Shown here piece by piece: positions 45,404-59,954 of a stretch of 64,000 nt of DNA. The notes under the pieces were generated by a model that was not told where the DNA came from, made no database searches, and saw only the letters and a list, made by a program, of their open reading frames with translations. This DNA comes from Octopus vulgaris (lineage: Eukaryota). Within the stretch, counting starts at the first letter, position 1, and every line of letters starts with the position of its first letter. The DNA lies in NCBI GenBank assembly GCA_951406725.2, contig OX597814.1, positions 101,060,001 to 101,124,000 of the forward strand, written 5' to 3'. A program made the translations under genes and the position numbers.

Positions 45404-45622
45404 CAGTGCTTTTCAAACTTTTTGCTGGAGCGGAACCCCAAGGAAACATTCCACTGGCTCGGGGAACCCCTGTGCAATAATTTCATAGTCTTATGCACAC
45501 ATATCTGCACAGCAAAATTAAAAATTACTGCCGATTTTAGCAGTTTTTTAATTTCTTACAGAACCCCTGGACTGTACTGGCGGAACCCTAAGGTTCCGTG
45601 GAACCCTGGCTGAAAACCACTG
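45404..45622. mobile_element. hAT-type MITE
   Basis: TIRs CAGTGCTTTTCA / TGAAAACCACTG, 8-bp TSD GTTTAAGG / GTTTAAAG, and internal GGAACCC subterminal repeats. Confidence 0.85.
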
Positions 45623-46037
45623 GTTTAAAGCAAGTCTGAAGTAACTACACACTTGAATACGGACAATCCACATTTTTACAACTTCGGTGTACCTCTTGCG
45701 CTCGTTGCACTTGTGTGGTCTCTTTGTTCTATGCTGATCAGAAAAGGAAACAAAATAAAAGCTGGTAATGTGCATTACATCTGTAGAAACTTTCTTTGAG
45801 TAATGTCACTTAAATATCTTTTGTTTCAGATGTTTATTTTAAATCATTATACATATTTGTTGGAGGTAAACCAGCAGCCTTGAATTATTAAATTTCGAGA
45901 AACGAATAATTAATCGGTTCTGATATAAACATTATAGGAGTGGGCAAAGTGTTTTAAAATTGTATGCATTAAGTATGTGTCTATAAGCGTGCGCGCAAGT
46001 GTGTGTTTGCGTGCGGACGTGTGTATGTATGTATCTA

Positions 46038-46115
<78 letters not shown>

Positions 46116-46399
46116 AGAGAGGAAGAGAGTGAGAGTGTGAGTATATATATTCAGTAGAGGATTGCATTATTCAAGTAATATTAATATTAGCATCGTAAGG
46201 TCACTGAAGTTCTTTATTGTTCTTCTGCTACATTCATGTTAATAAATTTTTATAAATTCCCTCAAGTGCCTTAGTTATCGCCAATATCTTTTGATACAAT
46301 GAAACCATGTTGAGTAAATCTTTTCCCTCTCAGTATATGAAGACGTAGTGCATGAATGGTGTGTCAACCAAGGGTTTACTTTAGTAATAAAGAGCTCTC

Positions 46400-47960
46400 A
46401 AGAGAGTTGACCAGCAGAAAGTCGTCAAGTAAGGAACCACCTCATATAAGTGTTTAGGCCCTTGACTTCTTACATTCTAAAGGACCCAGGCCACAGCCAA
46501 TTCGTGACTCCTGGGTACTCTTCTGCTGACACTTTTTAGGTACTTGGATATCGGATACTTATGCATTACAGCCACTTGGAGATTTCGCCTTCTTTGGACT
46601 TTTCACCGTTGACAAATCTTTCAAACATTCTTAAATAGGAAATAATATTGGTTGTTATGGTGTCGCTGAAACATCAACGCTACCACAATAAGTTACTCGG
46701 AGTTACTTCCTTAGAGATAAACTACAGAAATATTGCCATAAAACGTTATGGAGATCATTATCGGTCTTCTTCTACCAGAGGAACACCTCTCTAATGTCTG
46801 ATATTGCATTTAGGGCTTTGGTTCTGTTCTTTCTAGAGTTGTTTCATAAGATCCTGAGCCGATTTGCCCATAAAATCTCTGGCTCCAAACTCTATGGTAT
46901 AAAACTTCACCCGGAAATTGGCTTCCCCCAGGCTGTTGGCCAGACTGGCATATTCATTTTTTTCGGTCTTAGACACGTGTGTTTCTTCTATTCTACTTTT
47001 AAATGGCACGGGGATTTCAATCAAAATCAGTTGTTTTGATGAACTAGAATAGAGTACGACATCCGGCCTCAATTCACTCTTCCATGTGATTTCTGGTTGT
47101 TTTGTTACTCCGGGGAGGTCTGATGAGCACTCTCAGACATCATTTCCATCCAGAAGACTCCATTCCCGTAACCCCAAATGACATAGCGGTTCTTGACCAA
47201 GATTTAGTTCTTCCTGTCTTGAAGAATTTTGTCGGAGATTCTGGTTATACTCTTTCCGTACTTACCACTTGAACGATCTTCTTATACCCTTTATTGTGCA
47301 TCCATGTGCATGACCTTGGATGTTCTTCCTACTCAGCGGGAGCTCAAAATATGTGCCATTATTTGTCTACCCCGGCAACTGAGGACACTCAGTATTATTT
47401 TATTTATCCCACTTCATTTGGTTTAAATCAAAGACAATTCCGAAGATAGGGCTTATTCTAAGAGGCACCATAGGTCACAAGTCGTTCGAGCTGTGACACT
47501 TCTGGAGCGTTCCATTCCGAGTCGTCCACTAGCTCTGCTGTCTCTGATGTACTGCCTTCCGGACTTTTAGGGCATACTCTTCTTTTTTCACATCCTATGA
47601 AATCAGATCTCCACTCATCATTTCCCTGGCTTCTGACCATTTTTGTCATGCCCAATCTCTGTTTATTGGCCCAAGCGTTTCTCTGATTGTAAAATCTTTC
47701 TTTTACTGCATCCACCGCCTCCTGGCCTTTGCATTTCCTACCTATCTTCAGCTTGAGCAGGGTCGACTACGTGACCTTGTCTTCCGAGTCTTCAAGCATG
47801 TCTAGGATCCTTCTTTTCCGTCTTTGTATTCCCTAACGATGAACTTGAGACATAGCTTCAGCTGGGCTTGTCGACAGATGGAACACCAAGCCAGTTCCTT
47901 GGGAACTTGTTGATTTTGGCCTCCGAGTATTCCACTTTCGTAAATCAGCAGACGCCAGAC
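46400..47960 (-). mobile_element. Decayed HERO-like RLE non-LTR retrotransposon, 3' half
   Basis: RPDVVLYSSSSKQLILIEIPVPFKSRIEETH...FYTIEFGARDF, upstream GRKCKGQEAVDAV, and a decayed HILS knuckle motif. Many stops and frameshifts. Confidence 0.75.
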
Positions 47961-48563
47961 TGCCTTTAGTCTTAGCATCAACTGCTATCACCCAACCTGT
48001 ACAAACATTTTTTTCTGAGAAAATGAGATTTGGTACCAGCACAAACAAGGGTTAACGTTCAATATCGTCCCTAGCGCTGTAAAATTTTGAGCTAGTTTAT
48101 GTTAATCGAGGTTTTATAAGTTCCCTGTGTAGAAACTTATAAAATATGTGTGGAATTCTTAACAATAATTTGCTTTCAAAGATATCTCATTTCTTGCTTT
48201 TATTAATTTTTCTCCTTCTTTCTAATTTCGTTTGTATGTTTATTTTTCACTAACCGTAACACTATACCCGTCTTCAACAAGTTATCTCGACTCTCAATCA
48301 TATAGCGATATATATTAACTAAGTATTACATACGTCAAAACATAATTTTTTATTACAATATTCTTGAATCTTCTTCCGCGCATAATAAGCAATATTTCTT
48401 GTTAACAAGCACATATTCTTGACTAAAAGCTTGGATTCGGTGAGATTGTGTTTGTGTGCATATACACTCATAGTAAGTCATTGGTATTAGAATACTCTCT
48501 CGATATGCAGATAACATGGCTTACAAATACCATCGCATATGCCACATATTCTTGCATACATAC

Positions 48564-48597
<34 letters not shown>

Positions 48598-48685
48598 GCA
48601 TGAAAGAATATGAAGAATATATATGTATGTTTATACATAAATATATACTTACATATACGCATACATATATTTATACACTCACACT

Positions 48686-48721
<36 letters not shown>

Positions 48722-49099
48722 CACACACACAGAGTCACATATTTGCACCCGCTTGCATGTTAGTGTAGGTTCATGGTTGTGCGTTAATGTATTACTTGTG
48801 GCTATATCCTGTATCTTGTTTCAACACGAATAAAATATATCCGAATCTGTCGATACAAAATGGTATCACTGAAGACGGTGGGGAATTACAAGAACGGGGG
48901 AAATATTTACCTAATTGCATATGGCAAAAATTAGTAAATTCTCTTTCTGACATACCCCATAGCTTCCATTTCCCCCATTCACTCTCTCGTCCATACATAC
49001 ATACATGCATACTTACATTTATCATTTCTCACGTATACATTTCCATAGATAATGTTAGATAAAATTGCATGGTATCAAAGAAAAAAAGTGTGTATCTAT

Positions 49100-49139
<40 letters not shown>

Positions 49140-49290
49140 TGTTGAAATAGAAAGATGAATTTTCTTGTTACAGATTATTCAAAAGTTTAACCGATACCTG
49201 GGTAGCAAAAATCACAGCAGAAAAAAGCACGGTTGGAGATAGGACCATTTGGTGTTGCAACCGTGCGTTGGTGCGGATAATTGAAGTTTA

Positions 49291-49416
49291 ATATTATTAG
49301 TGCATGGAAGAAATGGGGTTGAACGGAGATTGTACAGAATTCCTTTTATTACATTCTAGAATGTAATAAAAGGAATTCTGTACAATCTTCGTTCAACTCC
49401 ATTTCTTCCATTCACT

Positions 49417-49424
<8 letters not shown>
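49291..49424. repeat. Spacer-less palindrome with 67-bp arms
   Basis: Centre ...ACATTCT|AGAATGT...; 3 mismatches counted by eye. Confidence 0.92.
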
Positions 49425-49456
<32 letters not shown>

Positions 49457-49516
49457 CAGACAAGGTTGGAATTCCTTTTATTAATATATTCTTCTATACA
49501 CAATCACACACACCCG

Positions 49517-49579
<63 letters not shown>

Positions 49580-49599
49580 TCGCATTGGGACCCCCTTTG

Positions 49600-49865
49600 C
49601 ATCGAAAACCGGTAATTGTCGTGCGCTGACGACGGGTAAATACCCAGAAACCCGGCTCCGCACGTATCACGTCAGGTCGACGATGGGAAGGATGACTTCC
49701 CTTTGCAAATACTAATAGGGCACAGAAAGTGTGTCAATAGCCAGCTGGAGAAGATGTTCTCCTGGGGTTACAAGCTACAGTAACATCCACTGTTAGTGGT
49801 TAGCCACATTTAAGTGACAAATATACTTCACATTGCCGTGGAGCTACTGTTTATACATCGTTCAG
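49600..49865 (+). mobile_element. About 260-bp hammerhead-bearing repeat, copy 2 (hammerhead 49620-49664)
   Basis: CGTGCG-CTGACGA-C-GGGTA-AA-TACCC-A-GAAAC-CCGG-CTC-CGCACG. Confidence 0.78.
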
Positions 49866-49878
49866 AGATTTATCATTG

Positions 49879-49947
<69 letters not shown>

Positions 49948-49984
49948 AGAGGGAGAAAGAGAGGGAGAGAAAAGCTCTCAAGTG

Positions 49985-52090
49985 TTCTCATACCAAGTTG
50001 TACTCAAGGTGGAATAACTATTATGTCAATGACATTTATTGCGGCAGGAGCAAGCATCTCTAGAATGAAAAATGAACAGACCTTCAATGAATATCGTGTC
50101 AATTCGAAATAACATTTTTTCTTGAGATTATTATACCTCTCATTCGGAGCCGGTCGTATTTGCTAATAAGCATACGTCTACGTTATCTCGAAGGAAATAC
50201 ACTGTATGCAGTTAACTTGTAAGCTATACATATTATGCATTGATTCTTCTAACAGAAACATATACACGCACATATACACAGACACGCATACACAAAGACA
50301 TTTGTTACGTGTGTGTATGTGTGTGTGCGTGTGTGCATGCGTACGTGAGTACGTGTGTAACCAGTAGCTAAACTTTTTACATGCTTACTGAAACATTTTC
50401 TCTAAACCACAAATACCACATGCTGATGAATCATAAATTATTAAACTATTTGCAATGTTTTGTAAAATAGCATACTATGATCATTTGCACTTTGGTAAGT
50501 GGAATGAATTTCTAGGTCTTTATAATAAGTTTTTATGTATAGGATAGTATAGTGGCTGAGTCTATTTAACATTAAATGAATTTCTCGTTAATATGAAGTA
50601 TGTAGGAAAACAAGATATACACGTAAAACATTTAGAAGTCCAATCGGTGTGTGAAAATAAGAGGTGAAATTTAAAAGGAAGTCTATTGAATATGTAAAAC
50701 TTAGAAAAAATCCTTCTTTTGTATCAGAGAATAAATATTTGGATTCAAATTAAAAAGAAAACGTTTAAAATTCAATTTCTTTTAAAAAGGATACCTACAA
50801 AATCTGTTTTTAATTAATGATTCAATTTTTAATAATTAACTGTAACTCACTTTTGAAATGATATTTTCTTCTGTAGGCTTGTAATAAGTCAATAATATAC
50901 TGTTATGAATTTATAATGAAACAAATGTATAAGTTGAAACGAAGTATGAATATAATGGAATATATGCTAAAATATAAATAACTAAGAAAATAACTTCAAT
51001 GTGGATTAATATGAAAGTTAAATGTTATATTCAAAATGTTACACCTCTGAAAAAGATGTAACAGACACAATTTTTCATGCTAGGGTGTACAAAGAAATGA
51101 ATATAGAACATTTTCTTTTAAAGAGTTATGTCATATGGAAATTGTTAGGTATGTGCAGTACATGTTATTTATTACTCAGAGAAAATTGGTCAAATATGCT
51201 AATATATTTTATGACTTAACAGTATTTTTGCAAGATTGTTTCATGTGAGTATTCGCATGTATTCGCATAGACTATATCTTGTTATTTAGAACATATGTTG
51301 AAACAATGATATAGATTACTCCAATACCAAAAAAAAAAGAAAAAAAAACTAGTGCGTAAAAGTGAAAATATTCAAATATAAGATTAAAAATGCATTATTA
51401 TAAGTGTATTAAAATAGGAAAAAAAACTCATGGAAAATAAAATCTAAGTAAAACTGGGTTACAAATTAAAATAAAAAAATTATGTGCAAGTTAGAATATG
51501 TAGACGTACATGATATCTAGAGAGATTATTTAGACTAAGTGTAATGTAAATTATTGGACATGAACACACGGTCATTCTTTTTCCCATGTGGTTACTAAAT
51601 CACTTGTTATAAGTTTGACTGTGTACACAAGCATAGACTTTATTTAACTTCATAAATTGTAATTGATTAGAGTATGTTTTCTTCTACAGCATTGTGGATA
51701 ATTGAATAATTTGTAATTAGTGAGATTGTGGTATTTGTGGTTTAGCTACCGGTTACACACACACATGCGCACACATATGTTCATTCACATATATCTGATA
51801 TACATGTATGTGTATATTTGTGTATATGTACGTGTATCTCTGTAAGACGAATCAAGCACACAAGTTAACTAGATTCGGCGTGTTTGTTACGAGATAAGGT
51901 AGTCGTTTGCTTGTTCACAATCGTGACCACCTACGACTGCAAAGGAGAAATAACCTCAAGAATAAATCCTATTTCAAATTGATATTAATTGAGGCACTGT
52001 TTATTTTTCTGTCTAGAAACGCTTGCTTCTACTGTAATAGATTCCATCGACATATTAGTTATCCCACCTTGACTCCGACTAGGCATAATA
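49985..52090. repeat. Old long inverted repeat; arms about 49985-50530 and 51600-52090
   Basis: Colinear reverse-complement blocks (TCAAGGTGG.ATAACTA.TATGTC.ATG, TTATCTCG, AGTTAACTTGT, TAAACCACAAATACCACA). The ORF track shows TQGGITIMSM on + and SQGGITNMSM on -. Confidence 0.8.
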
Positions 52091-52261
52091 GTTGAATAAT
52101 ACAAAACAAAGTCGAGAACATTTAAATTGAACAAATAATTTATCTTATATAGTATATAGTGTTGATTTATTTGTCCTTGTTGATAAAATACATTCCACAT
52201 TTTACTTGGCTCATACGAAGCTTTATTGTCATTCATTGTTATATAGCAAATACTAATAATA

Positions 52262-52605
52262 AAAGGGTAAAGACATCCTTCGGTCATGAATGACCATGGG
52301 ATTGCACCTAGAAAGATCTCTTCTGAGGAACAAGTCCGGGCAAAGTTGTTTATGGAAGACCAGCAGTCGCCCATGCATACCAGTCTCCCCTCTTCACACT
52401 AATGATGCTATCCAAGGGAAAGAAAAAGGCTAATACACCTTGGCACCTGTGACGTTACAGGTCATTTCTACAGCTGAGTGAACTGGAGCAACATGAAATA
52501 AAGTGTCTTGCTCAAGAACACAACACACAACCCCGTCCGGGAATCGAATTCATAGCCTCATGATTGCGAGCCCGACGCTCTACCCATTGAGCCATTCGCC
52601 TTCAC
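52262..52605 (-). mobile_element. tRNA-derived SINE family C
   Basis: Head GGCGAATGGCTCAATGGGTAGAGCGTCGGGCTCGCAATCATGAGG...TTCGATTCCC, followed by GTTCTTGAGCAAGACACTT. Confidence 0.8.
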
Positions 52606-53052
52606 ATAGCAAATATTAGTAATACTATATAAAATAACATACGATGTAGAATATCATATCAAAAATATGTAAAATAGTTATCAAAAATATTTCCGTTTCA
52701 GGAGAGTGTCGAGTATTCGCGTGGTGGTAGCCGTAATCAATTCCAAATAAGTAACGGGGAATAATCTAATCAGGAATTCTCAAATTTGACGTGCACTTAT
52801 AGAGACGGCGGTCTGATTTCCTGAAGGCAAGAAACTAACTTCGGAGACATTTATCTATCTTATCTTCTGTGGCCGAGACACATAGATATAATCAAATATG
52901 AGTGGGACGAATTTAAGGCATAGGTAATTTGCATACATGATGGAAAAATAATGAGCTAAGAAAAATAACTCTGTATGGACAGTAGTATGTATTTGAACCA
53001 CAAATACGAAAAAGGATATATTACATAGCAAAATAACAGTTCTATATTTAAA

Positions 53053-53308
53053 AGACGAGGAATTATGTACATTATTTACATTATTTATATTTGACGGATA
53101 TTTGTCCCCATCTTGTTTGTTGTTAGCTCAACGTTTCGGCTGATATACCCTCCAGTTTTCATCAGGTGTCTTGGGGAAATTTCAAACCTGGGTTCTCATT
53201 CCTAAGACACCAGATGAAGGCTGGAGAGTATATCAGCAGAAAAGTTGTGTTAACTACAAAGAAGATAAGAACAAATATCCGTCAAATATAAATAATGTAA
53301 ATAATGTA
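53053..53308. mobile_element. Second copy of the palindromic hammerhead element, centre deleted
   Basis: Same arms as 31168-31555, joined at ...CCTAAG|ACACC.... Hammerheads at 53125-53170 (-) and 53206-53251 (+, decayed). Confidence 0.85.
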
Positions 53309-53640
53309 GCAAAATATCGTACATTAAAATCTCTCTCCGTTTCTAGATGGCTTCACCTATCGCTTGGAAGCAACTGATTCCGTCTCTAAACAACACAAAG
53401 ATAAAAATTAAGAATCAATAATTCTCGATAATTCATGTCATTACGGAAATAACAGTCTGATTGTCTGAAAACAAAAGGATAACTGTAGACACTTGGAGCA
53501 ATCTGTATTAAAATTCAAGTGGTCCCCAAGTTCAGCGAGTTAGGGCCCGTAGAATATTTAAAAAGGGAATAGTTAAGGTAAAGAACTGAAACCAGAAACA
53601 AATTGAAGACAGAATAGAGGGATAGATAGATGGATGGATG

Positions 53641-53717
<77 letters not shown>

Positions 53718-53944
53718 ATGGATAGGCAGACAGACAGACAGACAGACGGACAGACAGACAGACAGACGGACAAACAGATAGATAGATATTATGAACTGAA
53801 AGAAGCAAGCAGAGCAAGCAAACGAAGCAAGCAAAGTAAGCAAGCCGCGTAGAAAAAAAAAGAAAAGGACAGAAAGGAAGAGGAAAATAAAAGCACACAG
53901 TCAGATAGAAAGAAAGAAAGAAAGAAAGAAAGAAGGAAGGAAGC

Positions 53945-54020
<76 letters not shown>

Positions 54021-54486
54021 GAGAGGAAGAAAGGAAAAAGAAAGAAAGAACACGGTTAAATATAAGGAAAGACAGAATTGATATGAAATGAAAAGAAAGT
54101 GGGAAAAGATGAGGGTAGATGGATTCGAGAAATGATGGCTGATTTGTATAACATGTGATACCATTTGTGGATAATAACAGCATTTATGGCCGGCACGTTT
54201 CTATGGCTTGAAACGACTGTAAGTGTTGGTCGCCTCTAATCCCACTTGAAGTTTAATTCAAGTAGTTTAATCCTGCACCTGGAAGAATTACACACATTCT
54301 TAATGTACATCTGAACCTTTTCAGTTTTTTGTAGACAGCTGATTATTTTGCAAGGCGCCATGATTTCAATCACCCTCTCGCACACATACACACACATCTA
54401 CAATTACGCATATATTATATATGTTTTATTATATTTCTTCTTCGTGTATAAGGGTGTGCATGTATATATATGTATATATATGTATA

Positions 54487-54568
<82 letters not shown>

Positions 54569-54789
54569 TATATATATATAAAATGTATGTGTATACATAT
54601 GGATACACACACACATATATGTATATACATATATATATATGTGTGTCTGTGTGTATATTTGTATGCATATATTATACATATGTATCTATACACAAATATA
54701 CTTACACCAACACATACACGCGAATATATTTAGACACATACATAAAGATAAGAATGCACGGACATCACCCATGTCTATCTATCTATCCA

Positions 54790-54820
<31 letters not shown>

Positions 54821-54900
54821 TTATATGTATATATATACATATATATATATACATTTATATATATATACATATATATATATACATCTATATATATATATAC

Positions 54901-54951
<51 letters not shown>

Positions 54952-54967
54952 TATATATATACATCTA

Positions 54968-55012
<45 letters not shown>

Positions 55013-55215
55013 GCACTCATAGATACAGAGATAGATTCTTATATATATGTGTGTGTATGCGTAAGCGTGTGGTTGGATTTATGGGCATACGCGTCTTTTA
55101 ATTTAAGTAAATTAATTTCATTTACGTATGTTACTTTTTTTAATTGCGTTCGTGAGCGCACCCTCCTCCACGTCATCCTTCTCTTGCTACTCTTTCTTTT
55201 CCTCCTCCCCATCCC

Positions 55216-55263
<48 letters not shown>

Positions 55264-55609
55264 ATCTTTTCTCTTCTACACGTGAATCTCACCAAACAGG
55301 ATTAATGTACACTTTCAAGTGCACAGGTCCCCAACGACAAAATTTTATTTCCTATGTTAACTTTTATTTGACTTTTACATAAAAAAAAACAGAAACAGGG
55401 CTGTTGTTGCGGCATCTATCACTTGTAATAGGCTTATTATTGCTGCCGTTGTTCTTTAACCCTTGGCCATTCCTGATAGAGTACAGCTATTGTCAAAGAT
55501 GCTCCATTCGTCAATATCACGCATGTTTCCTTGAGAGAACGCACTTATATAATTGATCTTGCAAGAGATATTTTGTTGTTTAGTTTCAAACTGTATTTTA
55601 TCTTCAAGC

Positions 55610-55920
55610 TTTTACTTGTTTCAGTCATTAGACTGCGGTCATGCAGGGGCACTGCCTTAAATTTGTTTTTTAGTCAAATGAATCGATCGCATTACTAATT
55701 CTGTTTTTTTTTTTAAGGCAGGTACTTATTCTAGCGATTCTTTTAGCCGAACCGCTAGCACACGGGGACATAGATATACCTACAGCGGTTGTCGAGCGAT
55801 GATGGAAGACAAACACACACACACAAAACGGGCTTCTCTCAGCTTCTGTCCACCAAGTCCAATTGCAAGGAATTAGCCGGCCCGAGGCTATAGTAGGAGA
55901 TACTTGCCCGAAAGTGCCAT
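55610..55920 (-). mobile_element. SINE family B, diverged and lacking the head
   Basis: CTTTTACTTGTTTCAGTCATTAGACTGCGG...CCGAACCGCTA...CCCGAGGCTATAGTAG. Confidence 0.78.
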
Positions 55921-56695
55921 GGATAAAATTTGTCAGACCGTATGATTGCCGATGATAATGTTTTAGATCATTCTTATTGCTATTCTTCTTGTTGTTGTAG
56001 TTGTTTTTAGCTCCTGCTATTGTAGTAAAAAATATATTTATATATCTATTTGTCGCAACCATACCGTTACCTCGTTCTTCATTTTCGTGCAGATAGATTT
56101 AAATTTAAGACGATGATGATACCGTAATATACCAACATAACATCAATACGGCGTACAGTCTGAACATTTGAGAAGCTTATGTCTTCATTCAGATATATAT
56201 TCATTCTAGATATATATTTTTCTCGAAGAACTCGTGAAAATTTTGTTGATTCTTTTTTCTTTCTGCATTTGCTTAGTGACGAAAACCTCATTAATAATTC
56301 ATGTTTTGAGAGGGATCACTGCTACATGGAGCTTAACGTTCCATCGAAAATATGGAGGAATGTGGCAATAAGATACAAGCCTAAAGTCAAAAAGAAATAA
56401 CGTTGATAATCTATGTGAGTTTTTGATATAATCACATGTCCCCATGAGAGTAGTACAAGGGGTAAGATATATAGAGATTCGAGGTAAAAGTCATAGTTTT
56501 TCTTCTGATTGTGTACGGAAATCTTAGCAAGCCTCAAAAGCCTCTGATAGTAAAGGCGTCTTTTCATTTCCTTTTTTAATTTTTTTTTACCTTGCCATCC
56601 TACCATTCACACGTGCTTTTTAGCCCAGCCATCCTACCAGCCGCACGTGCTTTATCTTAATCTCACACTTAAAGGAAAATGAATATAATAAATAA

Positions 56696-56747
<52 letters not shown>

Positions 56748-56804
56748 GAATAGCAATAACAACAATAATAATTAACGACTAAAAAAATCGTCTCTGCATA
56801 TATA

Positions 56805-56889
<85 letters not shown>

Positions 56890-57919
56890 AGCAGAAGGAT
56901 GGGAAAACAGTTTAACTACTGCTACTATTACTGCTAATACTTCGACCGGCAGCACTACAACTCCTACTAATACATTTTACTAATAACGAAATAACGATAA
57001 TAATTAATCCTGATTTCTAATTTAAGTACATAGTTAGTAACTTGGAATAGAGGAATAATAGTGGAAGTGGATACCATCTACACCAATAAATAATTGGTAC
57101 TTTATTTCATTGAACCACAAAGTATGAAAGCCAAAGTTCAGTACGACAGTATTCGAACTCAGAATGGAAAGAGCTAGTACAAAGTAAATAGCAGCATAAA
57201 ACATAGCAGGGAGTTCAGTATATTTCTTTCCTTTACGGGCAAACTGAGGCAGTGAAGTGAGCGACCTGTAAAGAAAGAATAATAAAAACAAGTTTGGTTC
57301 AATCATAGAAACTAAATACAAATAGGATTACCTCGCCAGTAAGGACACAGGTTCTCTCATATTTGTCATGTTCATAGCAAGCCCGTTTACATGTACAATT
57401 ATTCGTTTCTCCTCCCCAGCTTTCAGTGAATTTACTGGAATAGAGAGGATTTCCTCTCAACTTTCATCTCATTCCTATGTGAAACTTGAGAAAGATGTGT
57501 TGGTCGATAAAGAAATAGCCTGTCTTCAGTTTCGTGCAACAAAAGTTCATTCCCCACAGTCACTAGACAGAGGAAAATTTTTCTCTTCCTGGCCAAATTG
57601 AAGCAGCGAAGTGAGCAACATTATTGTTCAGCTGATAGGCCCATCGTACTCAGCTCGCAGACGGTGTTTTGGCAGATGCTCACTTCTGGTGCGTTACCAG
57701 CACTGTGTTTCTATACAGTATTGTACTACAGAATATATATTTAGAATTCAGCCGAAACTGAGTATAATATCCAGTTAAAGTGTTTCAACACAAATTCGAG
57801 ACTGGTCTGCATAATCCTCAATTGTACTATCATCGAAATTATTCTATATAAAGACAAGATATTTATATCTGTATATTATACTGGTGACTAAAAATGTATA
57901 GGAATATCGGTTTCAACTT

Positions 57920-58122
57920 TTGGCAAAAGGTCAGCAATTTCGGAGTTGGAGTCAATCGATTACATCGACCCCCGTGCTCAACTACTGTATCGACTCTGAG
58001 AGTATGGAAGTCAAATTTGATCTGTTGAGCTCAGCGGAATTTGAACGCAGAACATACAGACGAACGAAAGTCCACTTAGCATTTTGCTCGGCATGCTAAC
58101 GACTGTGCCAGCTTACCACCTT
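57920..58122 (-). mobile_element. Old SINE family A-related copy
   Basis: ATCGATTACATCGACCCC...GCGGAATTTGAAC...GCCAGCTTACCACCTTAA. Confidence 0.65.
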
Positions 58123-59954
58123 AAAAGAAAGCAAAATCCATAGAAATATTTGGTTTCGAATTTTGGCACATGGCCAGCAATTTGTGGAGAGGAGTGAGTC
58201 GCTTCGACTACAACTTGATTTGTAGGGCTTCCCATAACTCAAGAAGCCTATTTGACAGACGCCTTACAGTCAATTGATTTCCATGTGCAACAACGGGTTA
58301 TGTTATAGATTTGCGGAAAGACAGACAGGACAGAGGCGAAGATAGAGAGATAAAGACAGAACTAAAGAGAGAGAGAGAGAGAAACAATGAGAGAGAAAGA
58401 GAGAGGTGGGGAGAGAGACTGGCAGAAAATTTTGAAAAATGCTTTTGATTTGTGAAATTTCTAGAAACATAAATTATATGAAATTAATTAAATGATATTA
58501 AATTATATAAAATGTATTTGCATATGTATATTTATATATGAATTGTGTGAGTCTTTATGAATCAATATATGTACGAAAATGTGTGTATGCACGCGCGTGA
58601 CTGTGTGTGCACGCATGCGTGCATTTTGAGTTCGTTTTACGGTATTCACTACCACGAAAGACGGCTAGTAAATAGACAAAAAAAACATTCAGTTTGACGT
58701 CCACCGCGCCCTTTTATTTGTCCTAACCACGTGACCAACTGCTACGAGTTCATGAATTCTGGAGAACTTTATCTTTTCGATATTGTCTGAATTAGAGACT
58801 GGCGTGGACAGAAGCAAAAGTTTATCGTGAAAAATTACTGAGTTTAATGCAGAACATATAGCTTGTATTGTATGGTGTTTCAGACATTTTTGTTTTCGTT
58901 TCGTTCATTCGGTGTATATTTATGTCGCAACCCCGTGTAATTTATAACTAAATATCATTATTCGTTGAGCACTCTCATGGAGTTATTATTTACATAGACA
59001 AGTTGAGATGTACTCTATTGAGTTCTTGCGGTTCATATTTCCCATACAAATGAAGATAAACGCACGAACTCACACAAGCATACATACGAATATAAATATA
59101 TATATATATGAATGTGAGTGATTTTTGTGTTTTTTAATACTTATACATTTAGTGAGTAGATACAGTTAGGAGGTTGCCAATGTTTATAAAATTGTCTCGA
59201 GGAGATTTTGAAAGCATCACATCTGTTTATAGATATGTGGCTAATATTTTATCTTTCTAAATATATTTAATGTTACAACTTCGTTTTACACACGTTGTGA
59301 GTGATTTATTTAATTTCTAAGATGTTATACATGTGTTTTCGTTCTGTCAGAGTCTCAGTAACTTCACTAAATGTTTATTTCCTACACCCTTAACAAGCTT
59401 CCACATTTGTTATGACCTCAGTGAAAATGCGTGATTCATCATGGAATACCTCCTCAAAATTTCGACACACGAGCGCCAAAAATAATGTTCTAAAATTCGA
59501 ACTACTTACATATATTTATACATACCATTTGATATTCCGAAGAGGGTAAGCAATCTTCTATGCTATCAAAGGTTTTGTAGAGAATGGGGATAGAGATATT
59601 TTTGTGATATTGATGAGGTTGATATGTTATTCATTTATTTATTTAATTATTTTATGTGACGTTTGTGAAGATTAGCATCGTCGATTGCACATTTCGAAAG
59701 GGCTGATATAGATTCATTGTAATTTCTTATGGCTAGAATGTCAATGTTGTGTCGAACCCGAAGTAAGTACCTTCGTTTGTAAATCATGGTTTCGGTTTTA
59801 CGTTTCATCAAGATTTATATTTCCTTTCGATGTACAACAAATATCAATTGCTAGTGAAGTGTTCTTTATTAGCACAAAACTGTAGATGGCTATTTGGTAC
59901 TGTAAGTGCTTAGTTTCTGACTTTAAAGGTTTGATTAAAGTAGTAGTGGTAGTA

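Noticed and set aside
52530-52605. tRNA gene
   Set aside because: The tRNA-like sequence continues into a SINE body and has no proper acceptor stem.
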